A model generated the notes under the pieces. That model was not told where the DNA came from. It searched no databases and saw only the letters and a list, made by a program, of their open reading frames with translations. A stretch of DNA of 64,000 nucleotides from Octopus bimaculoides (taxonomy: Eukaryota): assembly GCF_001194135.2 (NCBI RefSeq), contig NC_068984.1:1829416-1893415 (forward strand), given 5' to 3'. The position numbers and the translations under genes are program-made. Below, piece after piece: positions 49,958 through 62,530 of the stretch. Numbering within the stretch: position 1 is the stretch's first letter; each line of letters opens with the position of its first letter.

Positions 49958-50684
49958 GATGAGTGTATACAAGTGTGTGTCTGTTTTCGTAAGTATGCGT
50001 GAATGTGTGAGCATATATGTGTACATTGATGAGTGCTGTCTGTTTTTACGAGAAGAGATGCAACTCCCCTGCAGCGATCTCCAGTCTCCCATTTATAGGC
50101 TTATTTCAGTTGATTTTGTTGCCTATACGTACACTCGTTCTTCTGGATATAAACACACCAGCCAGCGTTTTCTGTTGCTACTGATTTCGTATACCAGTGC
50201 CCCCTACATAGCCGGACGGCATGAAGAAAACAAGCGATATAATAGGAGTTTCGAAACTGACAGAAGTCTTAATGTCCGGAGTTCACTCCCCACATATGTA
50301 TTTATATATTTCATTTTTATTCTTGTTTTGCAAGATTCTTGATTTGAAATCATGTGTTGAAACAAATGTTGTTATATCTTGGGAGTGGTCATTGTGCAAA
50401 TAAGATGCACGCAGTGGACGTATTCTACTTCTTTTTATTACTCTTCTTAAATTACTTAACAAAGTAATCAGTTATTTAAATGGCTGATTGATCTGTTTGA
50501 CTAATTGATTGACTAATAATTATTAAAAGGAAGCGAAACAATACCAGCATTTGTGTTGTTATTAGCAAAATGATTCATCCCAAATACTACCTACCCAATA
50601 TTGTAGCATAATATGTCTGCCCCAGTGAGGAATTCCAATATATATATATATTCATGTATTTCTCTTTTTATGACGTATTTACAG

Positions 50685-50812
50685 ATCAACAGGATAACAT
50701 CTCGAAAATTATGTCAGAACACGAACATGACGGCTTCTCGGAATATTCTCACAGGTCAGAGAAATCCAAGAGATCATTGCACAGTGCCAGGCCCGATCCT
50801 TACCATATGTGA
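50685..50812 (+). CDS. LHFPL3/4/5-like (Tmhs): LHFPL tetraspan gene B, probable coding exon 3 (C-terminal tail, stop TGA)
   Basis: Acceptor TTTACAG| at 50684/50685. Phase-1 join gives HQQDNISKIMSEHEHDGFSEYSHRSEKSKRSLHSARPDPYHM*, with DGFSEYSHRSEKS paralleling gene A DTYSEYSHLSNKKS. An extra intervening exon cannot be excluded. Confidence 0.8.
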
Positions 50813-51003
50813 AACGAATAATGGACTCTCAATTCTACCGATGGGAAATGGTTTTTCTTCTTTTTTGGTTTGATTTCCAGCAGAATCTTCATAAAACTAA
50901 GAACTATATGATGGTTACTGTTTTATAAATACATACATACATACATTTATAAATACATACATTTAGACACACACACATATGTACCTAATACTTTGTTATG
51001 TGT

Positions 51004-51056
<53 letters not shown>

Positions 51057-51968
51057 TGTATATATATTAATGTGCAAATATAAACGTGTGTATNNNNNNN
51101 NNNNNNNNNNNNNNNNNNNNNNNNNNNNNNNNNNNNNNNNNNNNNNNNNNNNNNNNNNNNNNNNNNNNNNNNNNNNNNNNNNNNNNNNNNNNNNNNNNNN
51201 NNNNNNNNNNNNNNNNNNNNNNNNNNNNNNNNNNNNNNNNNNNNNNNNNNNNNNNNNNNNNNNNNNNNNNNNNNNNNNNNNNNNNNNNNNNNNNNNNNNN
51301 NNNNNNNNNNNNNNNNNNNNNNNNNNNNNNNNNNNNNNNNNNNNNNNNNNNNNNNNNNNNNNNNNNNNNNNNNNNNNNNNNNNNNNNNNNNNNNNNNNNN
51401 NNNNNNNNNNNNNNNNNNNNNNNNNNNNNNNNNNNNNNNNNNNNNNNNNNNNNNNNNNNNNNNNNNNNNNNNNNNNNNNNNNNNNNNNNNNNNNNNNNNN
51501 NNNNNNNNNNNNNNNNNNNNNNNNNNNNNNNNNNNNNNNNNNNNNNNNNNNNNNNNNNNNNNNNNNNNNNNNNNNNNNNNNNNNNNNNNNNNNNNNNNNN
51601 NNNNNNNNNNNNNNNNNNNNNNNNNNNNNNNNNNNNNNNNNNNNNNNNNNNNNNNNNNNNNNNNNNNNNNNNNNNNNNNNNNNNNNNNNNNNNNNNNNNN
51701 NNNNNNNNNNNNNNNNNNNNNNNNNNNNNNNNNNNNNNNNNNNNNNNNNNNNNNNNNNNNNNNNNNNNNNNNNNNNNNNNNNNNNNNNNNNNNNNNNNNN
51801 NNNNNNNNNNNNNNNNNNNNNNNNNNNNNNNNNNNNNNNNNNNNNNNNNNNNNNNNNNNNNNNNNNNNNNNNNNNNNNNNNNNNNNNNNNNNNNNNNNNN
51901 NNNNNNNNNNNNNNNNNNNNNNNNNNNNNNNNNNNNNNNNNNTATATATATATATATATACACACACA

Positions 51969-52024
<56 letters not shown>

Positions 52025-52795
52025 TGTGTGTGTGTGTGTGCATGTGCGCGAGCATTTACATAGCTACATACATATACATGTATATATTAGGAATACATTT
52101 ACATACACACATGCACACATTCAGCCATCCGTGTGCGCATGTGTGAGCGTGTTAGGATCTGTGACTTCATAGATTGTATTATACAAATAAAAGAAAATTC
52201 CTATCTATGTAGTCGTGTTTTGCAGCGTTTAAATATCAAACAATAATGCTTGATTATATTATCAAGCAAGCAAATAATATGTATACAAGCAAGTATATCT
52301 GAATATATACACTCACATTACATATGGAGAAACACAGGTAACTACAAATACCGACTAAAATGGTGTGAGTCCAGTAAAAGACTAGCACATGGCGCGTAGT
52401 GTATGTTCGGAGAGTTATTCTGAAGTCCATCTTGTTTCAAATGCATAAGACATAGTAATGTAGAACGTCTTTGAAATGGCGTCTACAATGTTTCGTGGTG
52501 TTAACACACATGCGACGTTTTATGATATGTTACACCATGGTGTAAGACGTTGTAACACACATATGTATACATATGTATACATACATGCATACATGCATAC
52601 ATACAGACATAAATACATACATACATACATACATACATACATACATACATACATACGTACGTACGTACGCACGTACATACATACATACATACATACATAC
52701 ATACATACACATATATATATACATACATAAGTATGTATCTAAGTATACACACATACACATATGTTTATGTGTCTATGTATGTCTGTATCTACATT

Positions 52796-52833
<38 letters not shown>

Positions 52834-53608
52834 TATATANNNNNNNNNNNNNNNNNNNNNNNNNNNNNNNNNNNNNNNNNNNNNNNNNNNNNNNNNNNNN
52901 NNNNNNNNNNNNNNNNNNNNNNNNNNNNNNNNNNNNNNNNNNNNNNNNNNNNNNNNNNNNNNNNNNNNNNNNNNNNNNNNNNNNNNNNNNNNNNNNNNNN
53001 NNNNNNNNNNNNNNNNNNNNNNNNNNNNNNNNNNNNNNNNNNNNNNNNNNNNNNNNNNNNNNNNNNNNNNNNNNNNNNNNNNNNNNNNNNNNNNNNNNNN
53101 NNNNNNNNNNNNNNNNNNNNNNNNNNNNNNNNNNNNNNNNNNNNNNNNNNNNNNNNNNNNNNNNNNNNNNNNNNNNNNNNNNNNNNNNNNNNNNNNNNNN
53201 NNNNNNNNNNNNNNNNNNNNNNNNNNNNNNNNNNNNNNNNNNNNNNNNNNNNNNNNNNNNNNNNNNNNNNNNNNNNNNNNNNNNNNNNNNNNNNNNNNNN
53301 NNNNNNNNNNNNNNNNNNNNNNNNNNNNNNNNNNNNNNNNNNNNNNNNNNNNNNNNNNNNNNNNNNNNNNNNNNNNNNNNNNNNNNNNNNNNNNNNNNNN
53401 NNNNNNNNNNNNNNNNNNNNNNNNNNNNNNNNNNNNNNNNNNNNNNNNNNNNNNNNNNNNNNNNNNNNNNNNNNNNNNNNNNNNNNNNNNNNNNNNNNNN
53501 NNNNNNNNNNNNNNNNNNNNNNNNNNNNNNNNNNNNNNNNNNNNNNNNNNNNNNNNNNNNNNNNNNNNNNNNNNNNNNNNNNNNNNNNNNNNNNNNNNNN
53601 NNNNNNNN

Positions 53609-53645
<37 letters not shown>

Positions 53646-54442
53646 TGTGTGTGTGTATGTTCCCCACCCCCAACATCGCTTGACAACCGATGCTGATGTG
53701 TTTACGACCCCGTAACTTAGCGGTTCAGAATAAGAGACCGATAGAATAAGTACTAGGCTCACAAGTAATAAGTTCTGGGTTTGATTTGTTCGACTAAAAG
53801 GCGGTGCTCCAGCATGGCCGCAGTCAAATGACCGAAACAAATAAGAGAGTAAAAGAGCAGAAAGTACTGAACTGTTTCCACTTCGCGATAGTCGAGAGTT
53901 TACAGTATATATATCCATGTGAAAGTACACGGCTCAGTGGTTAGATCATGAGGTAGTGGGTTCGATTCTGAGATTGGGCTTGGTGTTGTGGTCTTGAGCA
54001 AGACACTTTATTTCACGTTGGTCCAATTCACTCAGCTGTAGAAATGAATTGTGACGTCATTGGTTGTCCTTTGCCTCTCCCCTGGATAACATCAGTGACT
54101 TGGCGGCTAGTATGCCTGGGCGACTGCTGGTCTTCCATAGCCTCGGAGGGTAACTTTCTAGGTGCAATCCCATGGTCATTCATGACCGAAAGGGTTTTTT
54201 TTAATCCTTTTATGCAAGCATAATATATATATAGTGAGAATTTACAAACAAAAAACAAAAGACGAAGACGGGTGTGTAAACAACTAACAAATGTATTAGN
54301 NNNNNNNNNATATAGTTCTCATTTTCGAGTGGTTCTAATTTCACACACACACAAACACAAATGCATGCGCATATATAAATACACATCATAGAAGAATAGA
54401 ATGGCATAAGAGGAGCAGGAGCGCACACGAGGACGGAAAGTA

Positions 54443-54482
54443 TCGCTGAAGAGGTCACAGATGTGTGACGAAAGATTTCTGG
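54443..54482 (+). ncRNA. Partly decayed hammerhead-like motif
   Basis: TCG CTGAAGA G GTCACA GATG TGTGAC GAAA G AT T T C ^ TGG. Intact core and 6-bp stem II; stem I weak. Confidence 0.45.
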
Positions 54483-55489
54483 ACAATGGACCAGGTGGTG
54501 CTATTTAGTTAGACATGGTCTGGGCCTATATTGGCCGAAACCTATCAAAGTTATCAAAGTTATATATGCATTCACACCTGTGCATATAAGAATTAAGCGT
54601 GTACTGACGAGCTACAAATCAAAATATCTCGATGCAAATATATTGTATAGAATGAACAAAGTGCACAACAATAAAATTTGGTGCTACAACATCAGCTGAG
54701 TATTCAAATGCATGCAAAAGATATCTATACAGGAAAAACGAGATATATATAAAATGATGCCATTCTAAAAATGAAGACTTCTTTTCTAGGAAAGGGTAAC
54801 AAGAATATTACACCAAGACAGGAAACCAATTCCTCAGTTCCATCACCAAGAATATGGGATGTGTAAGTGACAGAACTGAAAGAGGTCGGCTTACTCGTTA
54901 AAACTCGGGTGCCATTATAATTGGTTATTGGCTTCTAAATGGCCACAGTTACTATGTTTACCGGGCAGATTTGGCTTTGAGAGTTGGCCAGTCAACCGTC
55001 ATTCATTGCATTTTAAAGTATTAATTAATTAATGAAGATATCTTTAATGAAATTAGAAGAATAATTACCACCATAACATCAAGATATGTTCACATGGGGA
55101 TAATAATTTTTCAGGATTTTTAAATTATAAGTATATCCACGAGACAAGTATCAAAATATGTGTATGCATGTATGTATTATGTATGCATGTATGTATGTAT
55201 GCGTTTATGCATGTATGTATGTATGTATGTATGTATGTATGTATGTATGTATGTATGCATGTGTGTTTATGTGTATGTATGTGTGTGTGTATGTATGTAT
55301 ACGTATGTGTGTGTACGTGTGTGTATGTGTGTTGTGTGTGTTTATGTGTGTGTGTATGTGTTTGTGTGTATGTGTGTATGTATGTGCTTGTGTGTGTTTA
55401 TGTGTGTTTATGTGTGTGTGTATGTGTGTTGTGTCTGTGTGTTGTGTGTGTTTATGTGTATGTGTGTGTGTGTATGTGTGTGTGTGTGT

Positions 55490-55528
<39 letters not shown>

Positions 55529-55559
55529 CATGACCACTTTTTTTTTTTATCAGAATTTG

Positions 55560-56190
55560 TCCTAGAAGAAAGAAGCAGATTTCTAACTAAGAAACAAACT
55601 CCATCGTCAAGTTTGGATAACATCAACGCTAAAAGTTACTGAACGAACTGAAGGGGAAGTCTTGTATAATTTATAAGTTAGGTTGGTGTCTCTATTAATT
55701 GCAGACCCAAGCATGTAGCCTTTGGATTTTTGTGGCAGGAATGATAATGGATTTAATGCCAACCCGAATTACAGAAAGACGATCTCCTTGGCATATTCAC
55801 TTTGACATATCTATAACATCAGTGACGATCTTTCCGTTTTCAGTTGTAAGAACGAGTTGTAAGAGCGAAGATTGTTGCCCAGGTCCTTATGACCCTCTCA
55901 ATGGCAGCAACTAAGGAAGCATGTACTTCAGCTGCCATCTATCAGATATAGAGCCGAATGCTTTCTTGTGATCGAGCCATACTGCGCACAAGTTTTCTAT
56001 GCTGTTGTCTTACTCCGGATGTCACAGCTTTGCTTTGCTTATCAAACGTTGTCTGGCACATCCTCACACTCATTTCTTTTCATCTATCTCCTCATCAGTT
56101 ACTATATTGTTGGACTCACAATGATCCTGGGAGAATTGCCTGAAACAATTTGTGTAGAACTTGTACAAAATGTTTCAGCGAGCAATAGGC
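55560..56190 (-). mobile_element. R4-clade RT remnant
   Basis: Frameshifted VWLDHKKAFGSI (cf. AWIDY.KAFDSV) and ICQGDRLSV (cf. GIFQGDSLS). Confidence 0.6.
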
Positions 56191-57069
56191 CAACAGTTTT
56201 CTACTAACTCGATAATTTCATTCTTGGCAACAAATTTCATCCGTGCCATTCCAAGCTAATTTGGTATGCCCATAGTGTCCATAATTTTCAAGATATACAT
56301 ATCAATGGCTTTCTATAAAATTCAGCACCTTGTACCACTAACCAACTATTAAGACTTTTCCCGGTGCCTTTCCATTATGTAGTTTGCCTATGATGAAAGT
56401 TTCGAGGTCAACTGTCAATATTTTACAGTCGATGTTGGTAAAGAAATCTTTCCCAACTGCATTTTGCTACGATGCATTAAGGTTGAAATCCATCTTTTGA
56501 TTTCAGATTTTAGGCGGGAATAATTCAATATTTTGAGAGGAAAATTTCTTAACAGTAACGTCTTTCTTCATGATCTCTCGTTATAATCTCCGGATAAGAA
56601 GCAAAAAGCAGACTTGTGACTTATTCTGGTTCTCTCGAAGATCATTCTACGACAGTGTTGTTTTTCGTTCAAAGTTCTAATTTCGTCCTTTAAAGTAATT
56701 AACTTTCCCTCAAGAGTTTGGTGTAACGATGTCACCGTAGAGTTTTCTTAATTTATGCATAAGCTGTAATAGGAGAGTCGCGATCTCATTACTTCTCTTA
56801 CGTTTTATTAATGCGGTTATCCGTCGAATATGGCGGCGTAGATTGCTGATGTTTCCTTTAAGTTTTATTTTCCACCTTGGTTGCTTCTATTTTATGATTT
56901 CATTGACTGTTGTACTGCAGGTATTCCCTAGGTATTCTTTAAGAGTAACAGCAGCTCTTTATAGGAAACTATTAATCGTCCAGTAACTCACATTACACGA
57001 TTTCATCTATTCCCCAGCGAGACCGTCGATAACATTCAACATTAAAGCTTTTCTTTAACCTTGTCGAGC

Positions 57070-57211
57070 ATGTACATTATTTACATTATTTACATCTGAC
57101 GGATATTTGTCCTCATCTTGTTTGTTGTTGATATACCCTCCAGCCTTCATCAAGTGTCTTGGGGAAATTTCTAGGTTCTCATTCCAAAGGTACTTTTCGA
57201 TGTTGTTGTTG

Positions 57212-57277
<66 letters not shown>

Positions 57278-57581
57278 TTTAAAAAAAGGATTGACGTAAC
57301 TCTTCACGAAAGTAAATAGTCAAGACGAAGAGTGCGATTCGATTGTAGAGATGTTTTATTCGTTGAATAAAACATCAACGAATAAAACATCTATACAATC
57401 GAATCGCACTCTTCGTCTTGACTATTATTATTATTATTATTACTATTATTCAGGTCACTGCCTGGAATCGAAGTCGGAATCTTGGGGTTAGTAGCCCGCG
57501 CTCCTAACCACTACGCTATATGTTAACAAACAAGATGAGGACAAATATCCGTCAAATGTAAATAATGTAAATAATGTACAT
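57070..57581 (-). mobile_element. tRNA-head/hammerhead SINE-like element, copy C, rearranged (hammerhead deleted, palindrome inserted, 57-bp terminal inverted repeats)
   Basis: Head at about 57445-57520, body at 57127-57200, inverted repeats 57070-57126 and 57525-57581 (one mismatch). Confidence 0.85.
57315..57426. repeat. Palindrome with 52-bp arms and an 8-nt loop
   Basis: 57315-57366 is the reverse complement of 57375-57426 with a single mismatch; loop ATAAAACA. Confidence 0.95.
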
Positions 57582-58193
57582 AATTCCTCATCTCTTAAAT
57601 ATAGAACTGTTTTCGAGAATGGTCTGTCGCTCAATGACACACACGCAGTTTTCGTTATTCGAAACCTTCCTCTTAGGAAAGAGTTAGTTTCTAACATATA
57701 CAAAACTTCATCGTTGGAATGTATTCACGCATGCATGATCATTAAATCCTCATAGTTGTACTTATATAAAAATTCAAATATTTTGTGTAAAGTCAAATTC
57801 CTCCCTGATTCTTCCTTCAATCAAAATTTCTCTTTTCAGACAAGAAATTCCCGTCTTCACGGGTGTGGTACTAACNNNNNNNNNNNNGGGGGGGGGGGGT
57901 TACTAACAGATTCTCGATTGAAAAATCAACGTTGGCTTATTGATTTCTCACCTGTCGTTGTTGTTGCAGTTTCAATCCGTTTAGAGTGTGATACGTGACT
58001 GGGTGGAGTAGGTTCTGTCGGTTTTTCTTGTCACACAAGGTTACACCTATTTGTCACAGGAAGAAGAAAAACGCTCACTCATTCCCCTCACACACATATG
58101 CACACATTCACACCATATACACATGCACACAGACACACGCTTGCACAGAGGTAGATATACACACAGAGGTACATACACAGATACGCATACAAG

Positions 58194-58224
<31 letters not shown>

Positions 58225-59515
58225 ACACGTACACACACGTACACACGCGCACAAACACATAATGCACACGTAGATATTGAAATAGATTGGTAGTCACAAT
58301 GGATTTCTGTTTATCTATTTATAAAGTGGGCCATACAAGAATATAATAGATTATATACATAAGTCCCGGGGGTCACCTGTTCTCGAGAACAAAGCAAAGC
58401 TTCTTAGAAAATAAAGAATTCGAAGTTCTAGGTCTGAGTGTCGGAGTGTTTCATAATATTCAAGGTGGTGGTCCAGCATGGCCGCAGCCAAATGACTGAA
58501 ACAAGTGAAAGATAAATGATGCACATACGTATATTCATACACACACGCACACATTTATGCTCACACACATGCACATACACTCACACGCGCACCCCTCCCC
58601 ACACCCACCCATTAATGGTTGTACTTGTTGCGAAGTAGCATTAGATAATGATTCACTTCTGCTCCTTTTTCATCACCTCTGACTCGAACCCCTCTTTATA
58701 ATCCCATTTTCTTTTTGTCTTCTGAGGTGTTAAGCAAGGTGCCGTCGTACCCCATAAGAAATATTTCCACAGAAAACGAGAAAAAGTGGATCGATGGTTG
58801 AAATAAAAAATTAATCAATGAACTCCGTGTTAGTTATTGAATTGTTATTTAATGTTAGCTTTTTCGAGGCAGTATGGCGGAATGGCTTAGAAGTTCGCTT
58901 CTCATTTGCCATGTTCCATTTCGATAGCACTGCCTGCCATCTTGACCAAATGTCTTTTACCATTGTTTGGGGGTTAACCCGATCCTTGAGAGTGAAACGG
59001 AGTCGATGGAAACTGTGCAGAAGCCATTTCAGGTAAATTGTATTTGTAATTGTAAAAAGGTACAACTTTATATCACGCGCTGTGCCATGCCAGTTCTTAC
59101 TAAGAACTGAGTTAACGCTACACATGCCTCTGGAATACTCAGTCACTTATATGTTGATTCAGGCGATCAAGCAACTCACCTAACTCCCCAATATCTGCAA
59201 CATTCATTTCCCCTCTTTTGTGGAGAGCTAGCTAAAGGAGAACGACCTCCACATAAACCAAAAAAGAGATATAAAGACTTGCTGAAGGTTTCCTTAAGGA
59301 TAAATACATATAACAAGATTGGCTCTTCAAAAAAGAGAGATTATTACTGTGATAAAATAATGAAAGCAATATTGTCTAAGCAAGTGAGCATTATTATACA
59401 AGTGAATAATTAGACGTAAAATATTAAAAAAATTATTAGAGTTGGTAATCATATGTGAAAAATATTATCGAGTAGCTAGCAGAAAACCGCCCGGAGGGCG
59501 GTCTTTCTGTGCTAG

Positions 59516-59568
<53 letters not shown>

Positions 59569-59970
59569 AGAAAGTGTGTGTGTGAGTAATATATATATAT
59601 ATATGTGTATGTATTACACACGCGCACGCACACACACACATATATTTACATATAAACACACATAGTTAAATATATGCATACACACACACACACACGTATA
59701 TATATGTACATATATGTATATACATACATATATGTTATATATCTGTATGTATGTATGTATGTATGTATGAGTATTTGTTTGTCTATCTAACCAATTAACG
59801 ATAATAGTGAAATAATCCGTATGAAATATATGAAGTCATTATTGAACTAGATAATTAAATAATATAATTTTGATTAATTCACATTCATTTTTTTACTTTT
59901 TCTCCTTCTTTCCATTTTCATTTCAGACCGATAATATATTCTAAATTATCATCCTTGTTTATTATCATTA

Positions 59971-60026
<56 letters not shown>

Positions 60027-60036
60027 GGTCTGATTG

Positions 60037-60088
<52 letters not shown>

Positions 60089-60574
60089 GGGTGTGTTTTG
60101 TTGTCTGTTTTTGTTGAATTTATTTTAGAAGAAATCTCATGTAGCTTTAACAAATCTGGTTGTTCAGTGAAAGTTCATAACAGCAGACGTTTCTCGCATT
60201 TATTCATGCGATTTGATCAGAAAGGCGTATTATAGTTAGAAAGGCACGTCAGCGGCTTTGATTTACGACTTGTGTTTACATTGCAGCATCTGGTAAAAAG
60301 AACTCTTAGCTTTGTTCTTGTTCAATTAAGTTTTCTTTTTACTTTCTCTTTTTATCTGCTACTCTTTAGATATTTCTGCTCGGAAACAACTACATTAGCT
60401 TTCAATTTATTTCCGCGCAAGGGTTTCTTTCTCGTGATTAACGTCGCCATCTTATTTCTGCTTTTTACAAACACTGCTTGTGTGTGTGTGTGTTGTGCGT
60501 GTGAATGTGAGCACGGGTGTGTGTGTGCATATCTATTTGTATATGTATATATATGAATATATGTATGTATGCAT

Positions 60575-60665
<91 letters not shown>

Positions 60666-60680
60666 CATATATACATACAA

Positions 60681-60793
<113 letters not shown>

Positions 60794-61535
60794 GTATGTT
60801 TATGTAAAACACACACATATACACTTTTATTATATTTATATGTGTGTGTAAATCTTGCTTTGCTTTTTTTAATTATACAAGCTCTTCCTTTACACATGGA
60901 ACCGGTTTCGAATAAAGAAATTTAACGCCATCTTTAGAATTTAGGTCAAAAACCACGACGAGGAAGTTTTTCCGGCAACGATAGATTTTGGAAAAGTATA
61001 TTTTCATTTAAGTTTCGCTAACAGATCGAATTTTCAAAGTGAAAGTGAGCGACAGTGGAAACGATTTGTGGTAATAGTGACGGTTCTTTCCGTTTTGATT
61101 TCACTGCCAAGTTGGGTGGTGCCGTTGATCTGTTACCCAATTTAAAACAGTCACCTGAGTTTGGGCTGTACTTACCATAAAGGAGTTTCTCTGAGGCAAG
61201 ATAATAACTAAATATTTTCGTGAGTCTTTAGATGTTTCAGTCGAAGACTTAGCTCGGATTCTTGCAACAGATTGGATTCTGCTAATTATATCTAAGGCCC
61301 TGGTGTTGAAATTAACCCGAGTGGAAGGTCAAGAATACCACCCAGTTCCGACCAGATAACATTTCTCCCAGAAATTACACTAGATTTGCTTTAAAATCCA
61401 TTTTATTAATATATTCTTTCAAAAACCATTTTGGTTTTTAGAAGAAAAAGCTTGACGGTGATCAAGTAAACGATCAATTCTGGTGACGTTACTGGGAAGA
61501 AGAAAAGAAAAAAAAGAGAGATAAAGAAAGAAGTG

Positions 61536-61592
<57 letters not shown>

Positions 61593-61692
61593 GATATGAA
61601 GGAGTGATAACGGAAGAAGTAAAGAGAGAAGATGAGAGAGAGAGAAAGAGAGAGGGAGAGGGAGAGAGGAAAGAGAGAAAGGTATATATATA

Positions 61693-61820
61693 CAGGGTGT
61701 CCGCAATGTCTGGGTACATGGGGGATTAACGCATGCGTTAAGAAATTATTATTTCTTATATTTAATTGCTTATTTTATGATTTTATTTACTCCATGTACC
61801 CAGACCTTGTGGACACCCGG
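61693..61820. mobile_element. 128-bp Tc1/mariner-type MITE
   Basis: About 29-bp TIRs CAGGGTGTCCGCAATGTCTGGGTACATGG / CCATGTACCCAGACCTTGTGGACACCCGG (3 mismatches); TA target duplication at 61691-92 and 61821-22. Confidence 0.85.
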
Positions 61821-62371
61821 TATATCCTGCAATCAATTCGGTTTCTGTTATTTTTCAAATGATTCCTGAAGTATCTACGACTACATTTTTCTAATATGTC
61901 TGTTGCATTTTTAATTTTCTTAAAATAATAGAGAGTGATTTGAGGCAGGTTTGGCTGCTATAACCTGTATTTAAAACTGTTAAGTAAATGCTCTTCCTCT
62001 GATTGGCTGAAAATCTCCAGAGTAAATCAGCTTGGCAAGATATTCGAACTCAAGATTTGAAGATGACACCTCATCACGTATACCACATGTTAAGGTGATA
62101 AACTACTACACATCCCCATGACTCCTATTTTCTGTTAAGTGAAATGGGACATTTAAAGCCTCCCCTATAACGAAAGACAAATCAGTGATTATTTGGTTGG
62201 TAGACCGATACTTTTTCTATCTACCCGAGGTACAGATGATCAGTAGAGGGGGAAGGGGGATGGTCAACTGTAAAAGCAAAAAACCAAAAAACAAAACAAA
62301 CTGGTACGACCAAGAACCAAACTACAACATAACAACAGCAGCAGCAACATCTACTGCTACTACTACTACTG

Positions 62372-62425
<54 letters not shown>

Positions 62426-62530
62426 GGGGATAGTTAGAGAAAGGGCGGCACAGGTGATCTTTGCCGCTCTTCACCAATTTAGACTGGGGAGATCAATGCC
62501 AGTAATGTTCAAATTGAATTTCTAACGCGA

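Noticed and set aside
50197-50300. Open, coding-looking stretch (APYIAGRHEENKRYNRSFETDRSL) in gene B intron 2 as an extra exon
   Set aside because: The available AG is phase 2 whereas exon 2 ends in phase 1 (the phase-1 reading hits TAG), and there is no good donor.
51067-53930. Long ORFs (300-385 aa) in the ORF track, and similar ones across other N gaps
   Set aside because: They are runs of N plus (CA)/(TA) microsatellite; assembly-gap artefacts.
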